Notes: generated by a model not told the origin, from the sequence alone. A stretch of DNA of 64,000 nucleotides from Hyphochytrium catenoides (GCA_900088475.1 FLMG01002562.1:83398-147397); one strand, 5' to 3'; shown: positions 23,901 through 37,300, counted from the first letter of the stretch. A program made the numbers and translations.

Positions 23901-26900
23901 ACCAGCAGGAGAGTAGCAGGTGAGCAGGCAATCTTCTTTGGGATATCTTGCAGGCCAGTGTCGGCCACCTAACATAGGGGATAATCAGCTACGGACGATC
24001 ACCTGAGAAGAGCGTATAGGTCCTCAATCTGTAGAAAGGAAGAGTTGCAGTGCACATAATGAGCTGATAGTCTCATGCAATCTTCTGCTTCGTCCACCTT
24101 CTTGAAATGAACCCCCAATATCTCGTATTGACTAGGTGCGACACTGAAGCGTTCTTATCTGTCAGTCCTTGAAAGCTAGCAGATCAAACCTATCGTCCTT
24201 CTGCTTGCCTCTGCGGTCTCTCTCTCCGGCGGCAGCCCTCTCGCTTTGCTATCTCCATGGATCCGTCACAGCAGTCTCCAATAGGAGCTCCTCTTATCGT
24301 ACCTTATTGGTGATGGGGGTGCCACTTACTACCCAGCGTCTTTCAGCGTTAAGATTTGTGCATGCGATACTTTGCTTGGCCGTTCTTGACTTGATCAAGT
24401 GTCCCTATGCGGCGACGGTAAGGAAACAGAAGGGGATGTAGGCCAGGGAAAGAGAAAGAGGGATGACAATAAGAACCAGAGCCAGAGCGGAGCGTAACGT
24501 GAGCACGGACAGAACTCTGCCCTTAATAACCGGCAGTGAGGCAAACTAAGACAGGAGAGACGATAGGAATACGGCTAGGTAGAAAGCAGATTGCAAGATA
24601 GAAGATATCAAGCTATCAGCTACCTCGTCTAATATAATCCTCCGCCAATTTGTCTTGAAGAGCGGCCCGTTAAGAGTGCTACCAGCGCTTGTGAAGTCAG
24701 AGGACACAGTCTAGGGAAGACAAGACAAGCTTGAGGCTTAGCGAAAGAAAATCGACTCATTTTCCGCCGATCCTCAGCTCATAGCCTGGCACGGTCTCCG
24801 TCCTTCCAGTAGTTCAACCTTATATAGAATCTCTCACTCTCTTACCTGATAGGTAGTGATGACCACATCGAACTTTTGCAGGGCTTTCGGATCCGTTAAT
24901 CTGTTAGGCCCATGGTAGACGTAGTACGAAAGAGCTCCCTCATTTGTGTGCTCTTCTATCTGAGAAGCCCAGTTGTTCACAACTGCAAGGGGAGAGATGA
25001 TAAGGGTTCCCGTGCTATACTGAGGAGCGGAAACACCTGGAGAGGTGAGGAGAGGAGCCCCCGTAGGATCTGAAAGGATGAGTGCTATCATCGTCAGAGT
25101 CTTGCCCAAACCCATCTGTGTCGCAAAAGAAAGAGCTCGTAGTGTCAGAAAGCCGGCCAGCCTAACGTTTAGGCGGAGTGTACAGAGTCAAGGCCAGCTT
25201 GAAAGCCACGAGACAGAGACAGATGTAAGCATCAACGATGAGGGTAGGCGACCTTCTCTCAACGTCGCAAGTGACAGAGAAATACTCGATGGAATTAATG
25301 CTAGATAACAAGTCAGTAGAGCAGAACGAGGCGAACAACAGGAGAACCAATAAATATGTCAACTCGCACGCACGGAGCGTTAAGACTAAGTGCTTTTGAA
25401 AATAAAGGCAAGACGAAGAAGTGTCTCTCACATCGTCTGCCAAAATCCCTCCCCTGCTCAAGACCGGTCTTTCTTGTGCAGAGGCTGTCGCCACATTAAG
25501 ATAGAAACGTCTTCTATCTTGTTCTCGGTATGCCCAGAACTGGACGGGCTGCTCTTTAGGCGTACTTGGCAGCGCAGGATGCTCCTGTTTCACGCACCAG
25601 GCTAAGCCCTGGAGCTGATGAGACAACAGGGACGTCTTCAACTGAGAAGGAGGTGACGGATGGAGAGGAAGCTTCGCCATGTCAATGACTGAGCCCATAA
25701 GCTCATCCTGCAAGAAGTGATGGGACCAATATACTTAGGCAACAGTCAAGCAGCCGGATTTGCTATTGGGGGAATGGACCAAGCAAGACCATACCAGGGG
25801 GTAAGAAGGAACTTGCAGATGCCTACCAGGGCAGTCTGAATAGCCTTCCTATCGGACTGCTGCGTGTTCCTCCCGCGCAACAAATTCTCCATCTCTGACT
25901 GCTCTCCAACATAGGATGACGGAGCTGCAGAGGAAGGATAGAGATATATCTGTCTCTTCTTGAGGTCATTTACAATACCCGCTCGCTTTTCTTCCTTTCC
26001 GTACACGTCAATGCTCACTCCCATCCGATACTTTGGCTTGCCGCCGGTAGGGCAAAAACCTTCAACGCGGATGTCTCCTCTATCTATTAGCGGCGCTAGC
26101 ACTGCAGCTACCTCTCGCGGGATGTGGCCGACCTGGCAAAGATATAGAGGTGTGGGCAGTGTTGGATAAGAAGTCGACCATAGTTGAACAGGCGATGCCA
26201 CTGAGAAGATCTCTCTTTAGGGAAAGAAGATATGGTGGGCACGACAACGCGTAAGCCACGGCCATTGTAAACCACAAGAACTGAAGCAGCGGACAGAGAA
26301 CCTGAAGACGCAGCACCTAGTAGGGCCCGTATAAGGACGAACTAAAATGCAGCCAGTACCTGCACATCACTGATGTTCCACACTGCAATTGCATTTCTGT
26401 CATACCTAAGGAGTCGAGAGGCGGAGGGGAAGTCCAAGGATCAAGAAGGAGCAGAGAAATGGGTTACGAAGGACAGCAAGGATAAGGCGAGGAGTGACAG
26501 AAAAAGGTGCGCGGAAGGGGGTCAGCACTTCCGCCTTAGGTGGGACGTACTGGTTATGTGGTTCTCTTACGAGACGCACTTGCTCTCCCTTCCCCACCTG
26601 TGATCAGAGGTACGCGGAACAAACGACATTAGACAAAGGGCCTGTTGTCTCTTAGAGACAGGAACTGAGGTAAAGTTGGGGAGACAGTAGAGAATGAAGG
26701 CAAGTGAAAGACTAGTGACAGTGCTCAAGGCATCGAGAAGACCTCAGTGGCCAATCATCACCACGTAGGCTAAGCATAGATCCTGCCTGCTGACATCAAT
26801 GGTACTACATTGCACCGCCATAGAGAGACGACATAGAGGGAGACAAGAGAGAGAAGATGACGATGGGAGGCACCTACCACTCCTTCATAGTACCGAATGC

Positions 26901-27347
26901 CCACGATCGCCCCCTGGTAACGTCCAAAGTTCACTTCTGAGGCCACAACATCGTCCGTCTCGCCTTCTTCATCAGAGGCTTCCCCTTCGCCCGCTCTTTG
27001 AGGCTCTACAGGTGCAGATATCTCTGCCAAACGCGTCAGAGCTCCTTCCGCCATGAAGTTCGCCAGGTGCTCTACGCCAGTCAGTTGTAAGGAGTTGCCG
27101 CTAGAGCTGGTGCTTTGAGGAGTCTGGTCAGAGCTGTCAGCGGTGGCAGAGGATCCAGGCGTCTCTACATGGGATCCTTTGTCGGGGGCTTTGCCTCTTC
27201 CTGGACAACCTGGACGTCAATTTTCTGTAGAACAAGAAGATGAAACATTGGCTTACGGCGAGATTTGGCTATAGGGCCAGGCTTCGCTTGTGCCTTTTGC
27301 TTGCGCTTTCTCGTTGACGCTGGTTGGAGCTCGCTTTTGACCTCCAT
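20998..27347 (-). CDS. HLTF: Rad5/HLTF (SMARCA3)-family DNA translocase and E3 ligase: HIRAN + SNF2 ATPase + C3HC4 RING + HELICc (multi-exon)
   Basis: HIRAN: [40 protein letters not shown]. Walker [37 protein letters not shown]: CPIC..CRHVFC..C..CPLC. C-terminal [27 protein letters not shown] and [11 protein letters not shown]. The introns I checked are GT-AG. Confidence 0.95.
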
Positions 27348-28652
27348 GTTCCCCTTAGCTTCTACGCCGGACGAAACTCTCCCTTTAGTTGAGACGACTT
27401 ACTGAAGAGTCGTTGCCTGATCTTCATCAATCTCTTTGGCCGTCTGATCTCTCTGTGCAGCGCGAGCGGTGTGACAGATTATCTCTGGGCATCAGAATCT
27501 TCAGCTGCAACAACCCTTCGCGCCAACTTTCAAACATCTTCCAAAAGCTGTTCTGATTCTGATGCTAGCTTCGGGAATGGCGGTTAGATTTGACACGAGA
27601 GCTTTTGTTGACTATTCAATAGCATTGGAAGGTACTATATTCGGGAACACTACATGACTGTTTTGGAGAACTCTCAAGAAAAAGTTGAGATCTTCGCACT
27701 CCCAGATAAGTTGAGATGAGATCTTGGAGGTCAAGAAGTAATCTGAACACGGTAAAACTGAAGTCCGCTGGAAGCGCGATCCTGCCGCTCGCGATGAACA
27801 GCTGCCGACAACTAAGTAGGGGTTGCTATCCTTGCCTTGACATACAGCGGCGAGGCTACAACGGATAAAAAGGGCACGTGGTTGCGGTGGCATTCTACCA
27901 CGACACGGGACAGGAGAATAGTTGCTGCTGCAGTTTGGACGACCATCCCGTCCAAGGGTCTCATTGGTACTACTCTTCACTCAAGTCGCCATTAAGCAGT
28001 GCAGGCTACCGAGATTCTTCAAGCTTTACTATATAGAGGAGGTCCGCTACCTCGACACGCTGACAGTAGAACGGCGCAGAAGAAGCTGCTTCCGCTATCG
28101 TTCCTCTCTGAGCGACCTACTTCTTGACACCAGTATGATACCTAAGAACCGTAACAACATGCGGTACCAAGAAAAGGAAGAATCCATGCGGCTGCTTCAG
28201 CATTGCTATCATTTTCGATCATCTCCGTCGTCGCCGTGTTGTTGCGTGTTTGTTGTGAGTAACCTCAGAAGATTATCAAGAAGACAGGTTGATGACCGGG
28301 CTGTCAATCAACAGACCAGGAAGAAGAAGAACTACCGTCGGGTGGTGGATGCATTTCATCAGGGATGAACGTGGTAATGAGCTTCGATGATAATGTAATG
28401 GGAGGACGTGTGCTACGTCCCGTCCAACAGAGCTACAGAAAGACAAGAGAAGATGAGCTCTTACCGGCTCATCATGACCTACAGAACATCATATAGGCGT
28501 TTAGCATCAGCTGTGTTACTCTATATATAGCCTCCTGTGGACCCAAACCATGGCTGCTGTTATCAAAATAAACTAGAAAGTTTGACGATGGCAATGAAAC
28601 TAACCAGCATTCATCAATGATGAAAGAGAGAAATGCATACCAAGGAGTAGTG

Positions 28653-29954
28653 TTACTCTTTCGATTGGTGGACGAAGACCAGGCCCATAAGTCCAATCTT
28701 TACAATCTTCAGCACAGGTCTTTCTTCATCTTGGTCGCTTTCTTCTTCGCTTTTAGCGTCTTCTCTTGCCATTGCACCACCCTCAAACCGCCTTCCTGTC
28801 CTCTTCTTATTCTTCTTTTTCTTGCTATGCGCGCTATTTGAGGTCAGTCCCATGACGTTTATTCCAGAGCTAATAACGTCAATATGAGGAGGGACCGTCA
28901 CGCTAACCACTCCTCCTACCGAGGCCAAGTAGAGCTTTGTCTCCCCAGGTAAGAATTTGGCTTCCTTGAGGTTAACGTTAGTGCACCCCATGACCGAACC
29001 GACGTACATGCGTCGAGGAGCAGTGAACTCGCCATTCTTATGTACGAGGCCCATGATGGAGAAGTAGGTTTGACGACCTTTCACCTCTTCCTGATGGGTG
29101 GAAGGGAATGAAGCCGATCTCTTTTGCCCTCCTTTCTTCTCTACATGGCCTCCGGCACGTCCGCGAACGGTAGAGGTAAAGGCGGTTGGAGTAGAGACTC
29201 CTGCCGCTGCGCCTCCTCGCGTTTGTCTGGTGTTTCCCTCTTCTTCTGTGACAAACGCGGAGGTGGCAACCGCCCCCATAAGTTCCTCGGCGATGGCTTG
29301 AAGGTCTCCGATCAAAGCTTGAAGCTCCTCAAGAGATGAAGATCTGAAAGCAGTCTGCAGTCTCTGTGAGTAGTCACTCTCGTCCAGAAGGCGTCTTTCT
29401 CTTCCAAGCGCAAGGACGTCAATCACGCTCTTCCTGAAATCTTCCACGTCAATTGCGGTGGCGTAACCTTGCACTGGAGCAGCGGTAGCACCACCGGCAG
29501 CAGTTGTTAGAGCAGGATAAGAACTTCCGACTTGGCTGCCCGAAGAGGAGGTAGCGTTATACGTTGCAGGCGGGGAGGCCGATGCCGATGCAAGGTGAGA
29601 AGAAGGCGAGTTCATTTCTCTCTTGCTAATCATGGGGGCAGTAGCTCCCATTGACGCCTTAAGCTGTGCTGGCTGTACGTCTTCACGTCTAGGTAAACCT
29701 GAGTCTCCGTCACACGGAGTTAAGTTATCAGGCGCCCCACCGCTGACCGCACTGGTGCTGCTGAAGCTGCTAGCGCGGTGGTTGGTCTGAGATTCTTGAA
29801 AGCCAGGCGGTGTCTGATGGGTGGTTTGATGATCCACGACAGCGGTCTGTTGTGGTGGGGGATGGAGGTGGGCGTCACTAACAGTATGGCATTGCTGAGT
29901 CTGACTGTTACTAGGATCTTCTGCCTGGTTGGTGGTAGATAGCTTGCTGTTCAT
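28653..29954 (-). CDS. Intronless 433-aa protein: low-complexity N-terminus + DUF1707 (SHOCT-like) + LiaF/DUF2154-like beta domain (bacterial-type architecture)
   Basis: EDFRKSVIDVLALGRERRLLDESDYSQRLQTAFRSSSLEELQALIGDL matches the DUF1707 pattern. FSIMG..GEFTAPRRMYVGSVMGCTNVNLKEAKF..LASVGGVVSVTVPPHIDVISSGINVMG..PVLKIVKIGLMGLVFV matches the C-terminal beta domain that typically follows DUF1707 in bacteria. Confidence 0.85.
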   Translation of the reverse strand: MNSKLSTTNQAEDPSNSQTQQCHTVSDAHLHPPPQQTAVVDHQTTHQTPPGFQESQTNHRASSFSSTSAVSGGAPDNLTPCDGDSGLPRREDVQPAQLKASMGATAPMISKREMNSPSSHLASASASPPATYNATSSSGSQVGSSYPALTTAAGGATAAPVQGYATAIDVEDFRKSVIDVLALGRERRLLDESDYSQRLQTAFRSSSLEELQALIGDLQAIAEELMGAVATSAFVTEEEGNTRQTRGGAAAGVSTPTAFTSTVRGRAGGHVEKKGGQKRSASFPSTHQEEVKGRQTYFSIMGLVHKNGEFTAPRRMYVGSVMGCTNVNLKEAKFLPGETKLYLASVGGVVSVTVPPHIDVISSGINVMGLTSNSAHSKKKKNKKRTGRRFEGGAMAREDAKSEEESDQDEERPVLKIVKIGLMGLVFVHQSKE

Positions 29955-32657
29955 GCTGACGGCGAAACGCAGAATGACAAGGTAAGGTGTTGTACGCGAT
30001 GATGCGTCTAGTCCGCCAAGCAGCCGTCTATCTAAATCTTTGAAAAGACATCGTCAGTAGTGCGTGCTGGTGCTCTTCAGCCAGGGTACACCAGGAACAT
30101 CACTCTCTGACCTGAAAAGCGATCCTGTCCACTTCTATCTGTCTGGTCTCCACGCACGCCTCTCAATGCCAAGAAGCAGCTCTCTAGGAAGAAGCTGCCA
30201 CCGTGGCCCAATCTTCTTGCCTTCCTGCTTGCATCTTGGACTCAGACCCCACAAGTTTATCTTTTTCATAAGGAACAGGTGCTATTTTCTTCTCCTGCCC
30301 CTCTTTTCCTGTCCTCCCCGCCTTGCAGAAGGGGGGGCCCAGGGGGGGGTCAAGGGTAAAATCAATGAGAAGGCCTGTGTCCCCTGTCATCAGTTCTGAA
30401 AACGCTGGACGGAGAGACCATCACTCCTGTCCCACTTCTGTTATTAGTACTGTAGGAAGGGACAGAGCAGAGACAGCCAGAGACATGAGCAATGACCATG
30501 ACGGGCAGACGAGACAGAGCGAAAACGCAGGAATAAACAGAGGTGTGTTGAGGAACATACATATGAAGAGTCGCTACGGACCGTCGATGTTATAATCATG
30601 TTTGGGATTTGAGATGACGTGTATCCGGCCGTTAGCGGCGACAAGCCATCCGTTATCCAGAACGCCACAGGCATCACATCAGAATCCATCATCATCATCA
30701 TCGTGATGGCCATTCAATCTTCGACTAGAGAGTAACTCACTTCTCTCTATCTACTGCCTCTACGAAGGACCTATGGTGTCTACTATCTAATACGGGCTAG
30801 GCCTACTCTCCAAAAAAAAGTGAGATAGTAGATGCTTATGAAAGCTTGGAGATAGACCAGCAACAGCAGGCAGCACAAGCAGCAGCAACAAGAAAAATAG
30901 AAGAAATAGGAAGAAAACTAATCTGTAGCTGGCAGAGTTGAAGAACAACGACGAAGGGAGAGTTCTTTTATATAGAGTTGACCGAGTCCCCACGATAGAC
31001 CCCCACGTCCCACCAGCAGCAGTGTGATAGAAACCTCTTCGTTTGCTGTTGTAGGGTCCCCGGTGCTAAGAAGAAGGATGAAATAAACCGTGGTACTTGC
31101 TTTCCGTATTATCTTCATCGACGACTGGAAAGGTAATGGTTGTTCCATGTAAAAAGTTATTGATGATAGGAGTCTATTTAGAAGAGTGTTACTGTTAAAG
31201 ACCAAGAAGGAAAGACAAAGGAAAACGTTCTATCTAGCCACCACCACAGAAGCAGCAGAAGCACCGGCGGATGAGGAAGAAAAGAGGGGGAGGAAGAAAA
31301 CTGACGGCCAGCTAACGCAGGCGGGAACGGAGACAATAGTATAACTCACCACTAACAAGTAGTGGGACCCTACATTCTGTTGTATATTATTACGCGAGGA
31401 GAGCAAGACATATGATTCTCAATGAGGGCTCATCAGCAGCATTGGGTGCTGTAGGAGAGATAGAGGATCAGCAGTGGAGAAGTAAAAGGGTGGTGGAGCC
31501 AACCGGCGGTCCCCGCTTTACTGAGAGCCACCCGTAGACTCAGAGATGATGGGGAGTAAATCATGTCGCCGCCGTGGGTGGGCCCGTCCAGTTCTTTATT
31601 CTTTACTCCCGAAGACTTCTGTTCTCGCTGTCGGTAACTAATGCGGTGCATGATGATAAAGATACTACATTCGTCGTCGTCGAAGCACAAAAGAGTGGTG
31701 GTGGCGGAGGTCTCTCAACGACGTAAGTACCGCAAGCACTATGTACGAGTGTGGAAGCGGGGACTGCTGACTGTAAGAAGACAGTGTTCGCTTCCTCCAT
31801 CGATGCACCAAATGCCAAAGCTCCTGATCATATCATATTATATCCAACTGTTCAGCTCGCTCGGAGTAAGAAAGGACGACGCTTTGTGGCCGGCCTGATT
31901 GTAGGACTAACTCAACTGTTGCTGCTGCTTCGACCAGAAAGTATAGTTGTAGAGAGGAGGCGAACGATGGAAAGTAGAGCTTTGAACCCTACAAACAGGT
32001 ACCTTGAGAGTTAGTCGTGCTTGCCCCCGCCAGCCACCAATCCTGACGACTTCGTCATGATTCCTTAAAGTGGAGAAATCATGCGCTAATTATAAAAAGA
32101 CCTCTTTTAGCATTATTCCGTCATGTCACTAGTGAGCTGATGCTCGCCCTTGCCTCCGGCTGATCAGTGTCCTGCACAGCCGAAGGAGAGGACATGCTAC
32201 TACTGCTGTAAGGACGGCGTCGTCGCACCTATTGCTGGAGCAGCTGGATGGAGCGCACAGGGGACACCAACCACGATAGACTGGCTGATATAAAAATAAA
32301 AAAAAACTAAGAACAGCAACAAAGAGGTTGATCTCTATATATTTCCTGCGGTGGGCTTCTCGGAGTAGACATGCCTCCTTTTTCTTTATGCTGAGATGAG
32401 AAAGCGAGTAGTTCTATCTCAATAGGTTTGCATTGCACCATTAGTTTTGGCCAACTGATGGGTCTGCCAACGGTGGGTCATTAGGAAAGTAACTAAATGG
32501 TGGGAAACAAAAGAAGAGAACGAGCCAACCACATCCTAATTAGTATGGCGCATCCATGAAGAAATACCACTGAAAGGCGGCGTCCGCTGTGGCAATAAGG
32601 CGTTTATCTGCACAGCATTCATCGACTAATAGTTCTGGTGTCCATACATCAAAGGCT

Positions 32658-33084
32658 CTAAAGGGTTGTGCCACTATTTTGCCTTGCTACAATTATGCCC
32701 ACCCCTAACATAATGCTCTACGTGTAACTTGGGTGGGAATCCAGTGTGCCTGACCACCCCAGAAGAGTTGAAAGATCACACTATCTCTCGCGGTCTGCCT
32801 TCTTTGGTCCGCTCTGCATAGATCTACTTGGGCTTTCTTGATCCTGTGCTAATGTCCTTCATGGGCGAAATAGCAGCAGCTCTTTTGAGAGGAGAAAGCA
32901 GCTTTCACCATTTTAGACATAACTCCTCGACGGCTGGGAGTTAGAAGGTGCCCTTGGAATATGTTGCCCCTGAACTGAATGGATGGCTAGCAAAACAACT
33001 CAAGACGGTTTGTCCATGGGGTGTCCTGAGATCAGACGCCACTTGCTCTTGCTTAGGTTGGGCAAATAGTGGCACAACCTTTAG
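32658..33084. mobile_element. MITE-like non-autonomous DNA transposon, about 427 bp
   Basis: Left end CTAAAGGGTTGTGCCACTATTTTGCC (32658-32683) versus reverse complement of the right end CTAAAGGTTGTGCCACTATTTGCC (33061-33084): identical except for two single-base indels. TA/TWA at the ends; no long internal ORF. Confidence 0.7.
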
Positions 33085-33733
33085 TCGTAGGGGACCATGG
33101 ATATGTTGCTAGTCGTTGTCTTCTTCTTTTGGAGGGTGGCTGCGGAGCCCTTGGTCTCCAATAATGACGTGAGGGGTCATCTCTGCCCTGTCTCAGCTCA
33201 TACAGCAATCCGATAGCGCTGTGCTCGTCGAAGAAGGACACCAATTATTGTACCTCGAGGGAGGATCATCCTCTCATAGTTAGTATTGGGTGCTCTACTG
33301 ATCCATCACGCGAGTCGAACTACACGTACGACTACAGGCTTACTGCTTCAGAGTAGGGAACTCTAGTGTATTTCCTATGGTTTGGGAGGGAAAAGGGACA
33401 AGGGTGGGAAATCAATAATACATATCTATCTCTTGCCAGACAGAATGGAGGAGAGATAACAATGGAGATCCTTCAGTAAAGTGGGACTTTACGCAATATG
33501 GTCAGACAGAGGTTTTGATGAGATATCATTGTTATTGATGGAGAAGCATGGGGACAGAGGGAGAAACCATTTGTACCACCACACTGTCAACACAAATTGC
33601 GAGACAGAGTCATGCGGAATAGCGTCTCCTGGGTTGAATTGTAACCAGTTGAATCGACACAGAATCGAGAGAGATACGGGGAAGTTAGTACGCTTCACAA
33701 GGGAGGAGCAGTGAGGCGTGATGGCCGGTGCAA

Positions 33734-34179
33734 GGCGGGGCGGGGCGGAACGAGAAGCGAAGCCCAACCGCTTGTCTCTGATTCAGCGCTGTTCTTCGCT
33801 TCTGGGCTGGACGCCATACTTCAGCGTAATAACGGCTTCCGCCATGTGGTCAGAGCCTTGCTCGGATATCTCTGGGCTTTATAAATGCACTCCGGGCAGC
33901 TCCTGGCGATCAGAAGGACCATGAACCGAAGACCGAGGGTAAGGAGTCTCTGACAGCACGTCAGCTCACCGGCACGATGCTTCAGTCTGCTGGTATGGGT
34001 TCGGGAACGCTGTAGAACGGTATTGAGTGCACAACTGTTTGTGGCTTACTCTCCGCTAGCTCTTTGTTGGTCAACTGTCGTGTCTCCAATTATTTGTTGA
34101 AGACTGGGACCTGCTTTTTCCCTCTTTCTAAAAGTTCTTTGTGAATGAATGCCACTTATTCGAGGCCTTTCACGTGCAG
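33734..34179 (+). promoter_or_regulatory. Putative Piezo core promoter and 5'-leader intron
   Basis: GC boxes GGCGGGGCGGGGCGG (33734-33748), TATAAA (33880-33885), strong donor AGG|GTAAGG at 33939 and acceptor TGCAG at about 34179, upstream of ATG 34338. Confidence 0.35.
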
Positions 34180-34337
34180 AGAAAAGACTAGCATGTCAGG
34201 TGTAGAGCAAGGTTAGAAGTGATAGGCGTTTCGCGGGATCTCTGTGGCTTTCTTGAAATGGCTGGAGACGTATAGCCGCTGCCACTGGCTGCCTTGGTCG
34301 AAAAAGGCTTGACCGTTTACGGGGAAGGGCACCACAA

Positions 34338-37300
34338 ATGGAGGACAAACGTGAATCTTTGGCTTCGGCCAACGAGCGACGGTCGCTGCTATCCACATCT
34401 GTAGTATCTGACCCTGCGATGTACTTCACTCCCGATGAAGATAGTTATCTCTCAAAGGTGGCAAGGAGTGACTCGTCTCCTCAGTTGGAGGGAGAGCGAG
34501 ATACGCTTACTAAGACACCTGTGTCTCCAATGGAGAAAGGCAGGAGTAGTGCCCCGCAATCTCTCTCTCCGTCTGCTAGAGAGAGAATCCGAATGTTCCA
34601 GAGCCATTTCTCGTTGGAGGGCGTCTCTCCTTCTCTGCCGACAGACTACTCTATGATGGCTAGTCCCGACCCAGAAGAGCTACGAGGCAACAAATACCTT
34701 GGTGAGAAGAGCGTGCTAAGAAGGAGACACACGAGAAGGTCTCTGCAGAGCTCCAGCTTGCCAGGTTCACCACCGTATGAAGAATATCAGGGTTCCGCTC
34801 CTATGTCACCCTCGTGGAATAGGTCTAACCGTCTCAGGTCTGATACTGCCTCCGTCCACTAAGTCTTGGTGCCTCATCTTATGATCATGGAACTGTCCGG
34901 CCTTGGTCCTCTTCTTTCGTTCCTAGTCTTCCACTATTCTTACCTCATGTTTCCACTTCTCAACTAACCTATGTGGTGCGAAGACTCCATTGCCTAGTGC
35001 TTCCCTGAGGGTAAACTAACTTTTGGTTCCCTCGACTATAGAGACAGCAAGGGAAACTTGACGAAGGGTAGCATGAGCGTAGGAGAAAGAGTGGCAAGCT
35101 GGCTCTTTCCTTTACTCCTGCTGTTCTCTATTTTCATAGGACCTGACGCTATCACCATGCTATACACCTTGGGCTACGTGTTCGACGTCTTTGTACCGCA
35201 ACGACGCGTATGGCTATGCATAGCTCTTGCGATAATCTCCCTCGTTTCTTTGGCACTCTCTGTCGCTCTTCAGGTGCTCTATGCAGTGAAAGGGGAAGAT
35301 TATGTCCTCTATGGCTCTCAGACTGTATGGGTTATCTTCGGACTAGGCCCTGCGACGAACGTCTGGGCTTACATCCAAGCTTTTCTTCCCGACGTCTTTG
35401 CTCTTTTAGCAGCCGTCATCTTTTTGGCGCTAGGCAGGAAACTACAGCCTGTGCTGCACCTTCCGGGCCTAAATCCTACCGAAGCCTCTATCTTTACGGT
35501 GTGGTGGGCCAACACTGTTGGTTCTCTGATTATCCCCATCATCGCTATGTCTCAGCCTGGGCCGGTGCAACTTGTCTTCTTTATTATCTTTATCCTTCTT
35601 GTCCTCCGTGCCCTTTACTCAGCCTTTGTCATAGAGAGCACGGGAAGATATATCCGCTCTAGCGACCGCTTCTTCCTCTTCCCTATTCGGCTCTGTCTGC
35701 CGCTGGTGCTGTATAATGTCACCACATTGCTATTCCTGTAAGTACCGAAGTCTCATTCTTCAGGTTGCTTCTTTTAGCGTCTCCATCAGTGAGGGTCTGT
35801 TTTCCCTCCGTCTCCATCTCGACGTCGCTTACTCTTCAGCATCTCTGTTCTTTTCTCATTATTTATGCGTGTTTCGCTTATCTTAGTCGAGATCTTGGCA
35901 CGCCTCTCTTCGTTCCATGACTGTGCGACTGGTGGTTATTCTGTCTCATCCGTCTAATTAAGAAATCTTGACAACTGACATGTCTTTTCGTTCCATCCAT
36001 ATGCTCCTGGTGGTTACTCTGTTTCCTCTGCCTATCTAGGAATGTTTGCTTCTTTCCTTACATAAGGAACCTCGACATTCTCGAAGACAAGTTAGAGTAC
36101 ATGGGCCTTTCGTCTGATGTTAAGGTAAGTGAGAGATTGAAAGAAAGGAAAAGTTTGCTACGCTCTTGTCCCGACTCGGCTGTGTTCACTTTCCCCCGTC
36201 TTGATCTCTGGCTAAGATATCTATCTATCTTGGTTGCCTTAACCAGGGGGTTCTTTAACCTCTGCCTTCCCTCTTTTCTCTCTTCACTCCAGTCGTGGTC
36301 CGTCTTTGTCTACGTGGGCGGCTCGATTGTGATGTCAGAGTGCTTCGCTTTCTCAGCGCGCTGCTGGTGGTCTCAAGGCAGGAAGATTCTCGAGTTCCCT
36401 CCACGGAGAAAGAGCAGAGGATACGCTTTACCGACGGTGGCCATGGTCGGACGCTCTCGTCTCGCACCTGCGACACCTTCGCTGGTCTCTTCTCCATTCC
36501 GTGCCCAACCCAATAGAGGGTTGGACGCGAGAAGGAGCTCAGAGTACTATGACGCGACGCACACTCCAATGGCAGTTGACGCAGGAGAGGACGATGAGAT
36601 ACAGACGCCACGCATAGATCTAGAAGGCGCAAGCGATGTTGATGAGGATTATTCAGAAGACGAAGAAGAAGAAAATTTAGAGGAAGAGCTAGGAAGAACC
36701 GGCATCCTCTACTACACAGTGGCCACCATTCACAAGGATATCTCCCGTCTTCCGCTTAGCGTGAAAATCATATTCGATAGGAGAGGAAGATTCCTGAGTG
36801 GCATGCTTTGCCTTCTTTGGGCGACGATCTTTCCTTCATATCTCTCCCTCGCCCTCCTTCTCTCCGGTTTCTTCATCTTCATCTTCATGAATGTGGAGCC
36901 ATTCAGGTTCACTCTTCCCCTACTCACTATCTATTGCCTTACTCTTCTCTCTCTGCAATACGTCGTCAACTATTCCAAACTCAGCGATTCTCTCACGAAT
37001 GAGGTCTTTGACCGGATCACATACGACATCCCCTTTCTGGGGCTCATCGTGCAAACCTTCTTTACCTTACTCATCGTATGGGCTTCCGTGTACAATCTCA
37101 CTTATGCCGCGCTCATCCATGCCAAGTATCAGAATATTAGGTAAGAAGACTGTATAGGAGCGTCAGAGAGCCTTATTGCTAAAATCGAGCTTGTCCTCAG
37201 CGGAGTCGCTTTGCTTTGCCTTTCGCTCCTTCACTATCTATATCCAGTATGTACGGTCGCACATATAACCTCTACTGCCTTTGTTTTCATCTTTGGTCTG

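Noticed and set aside
29994-30012. Small hairpin followed by CTAGT next to the DUF1707 gene, as a second Helitron end
   Set aside because: The stem is only 4 bp with no spacer before CTAG; too weak to call.
31050-31374. 11-bp inverted repeat TGTAGGGTCCC / GGGACCCTACA
   Set aside because: It does not extend and has no target duplication; several such matches are expected by chance in 64 kb.
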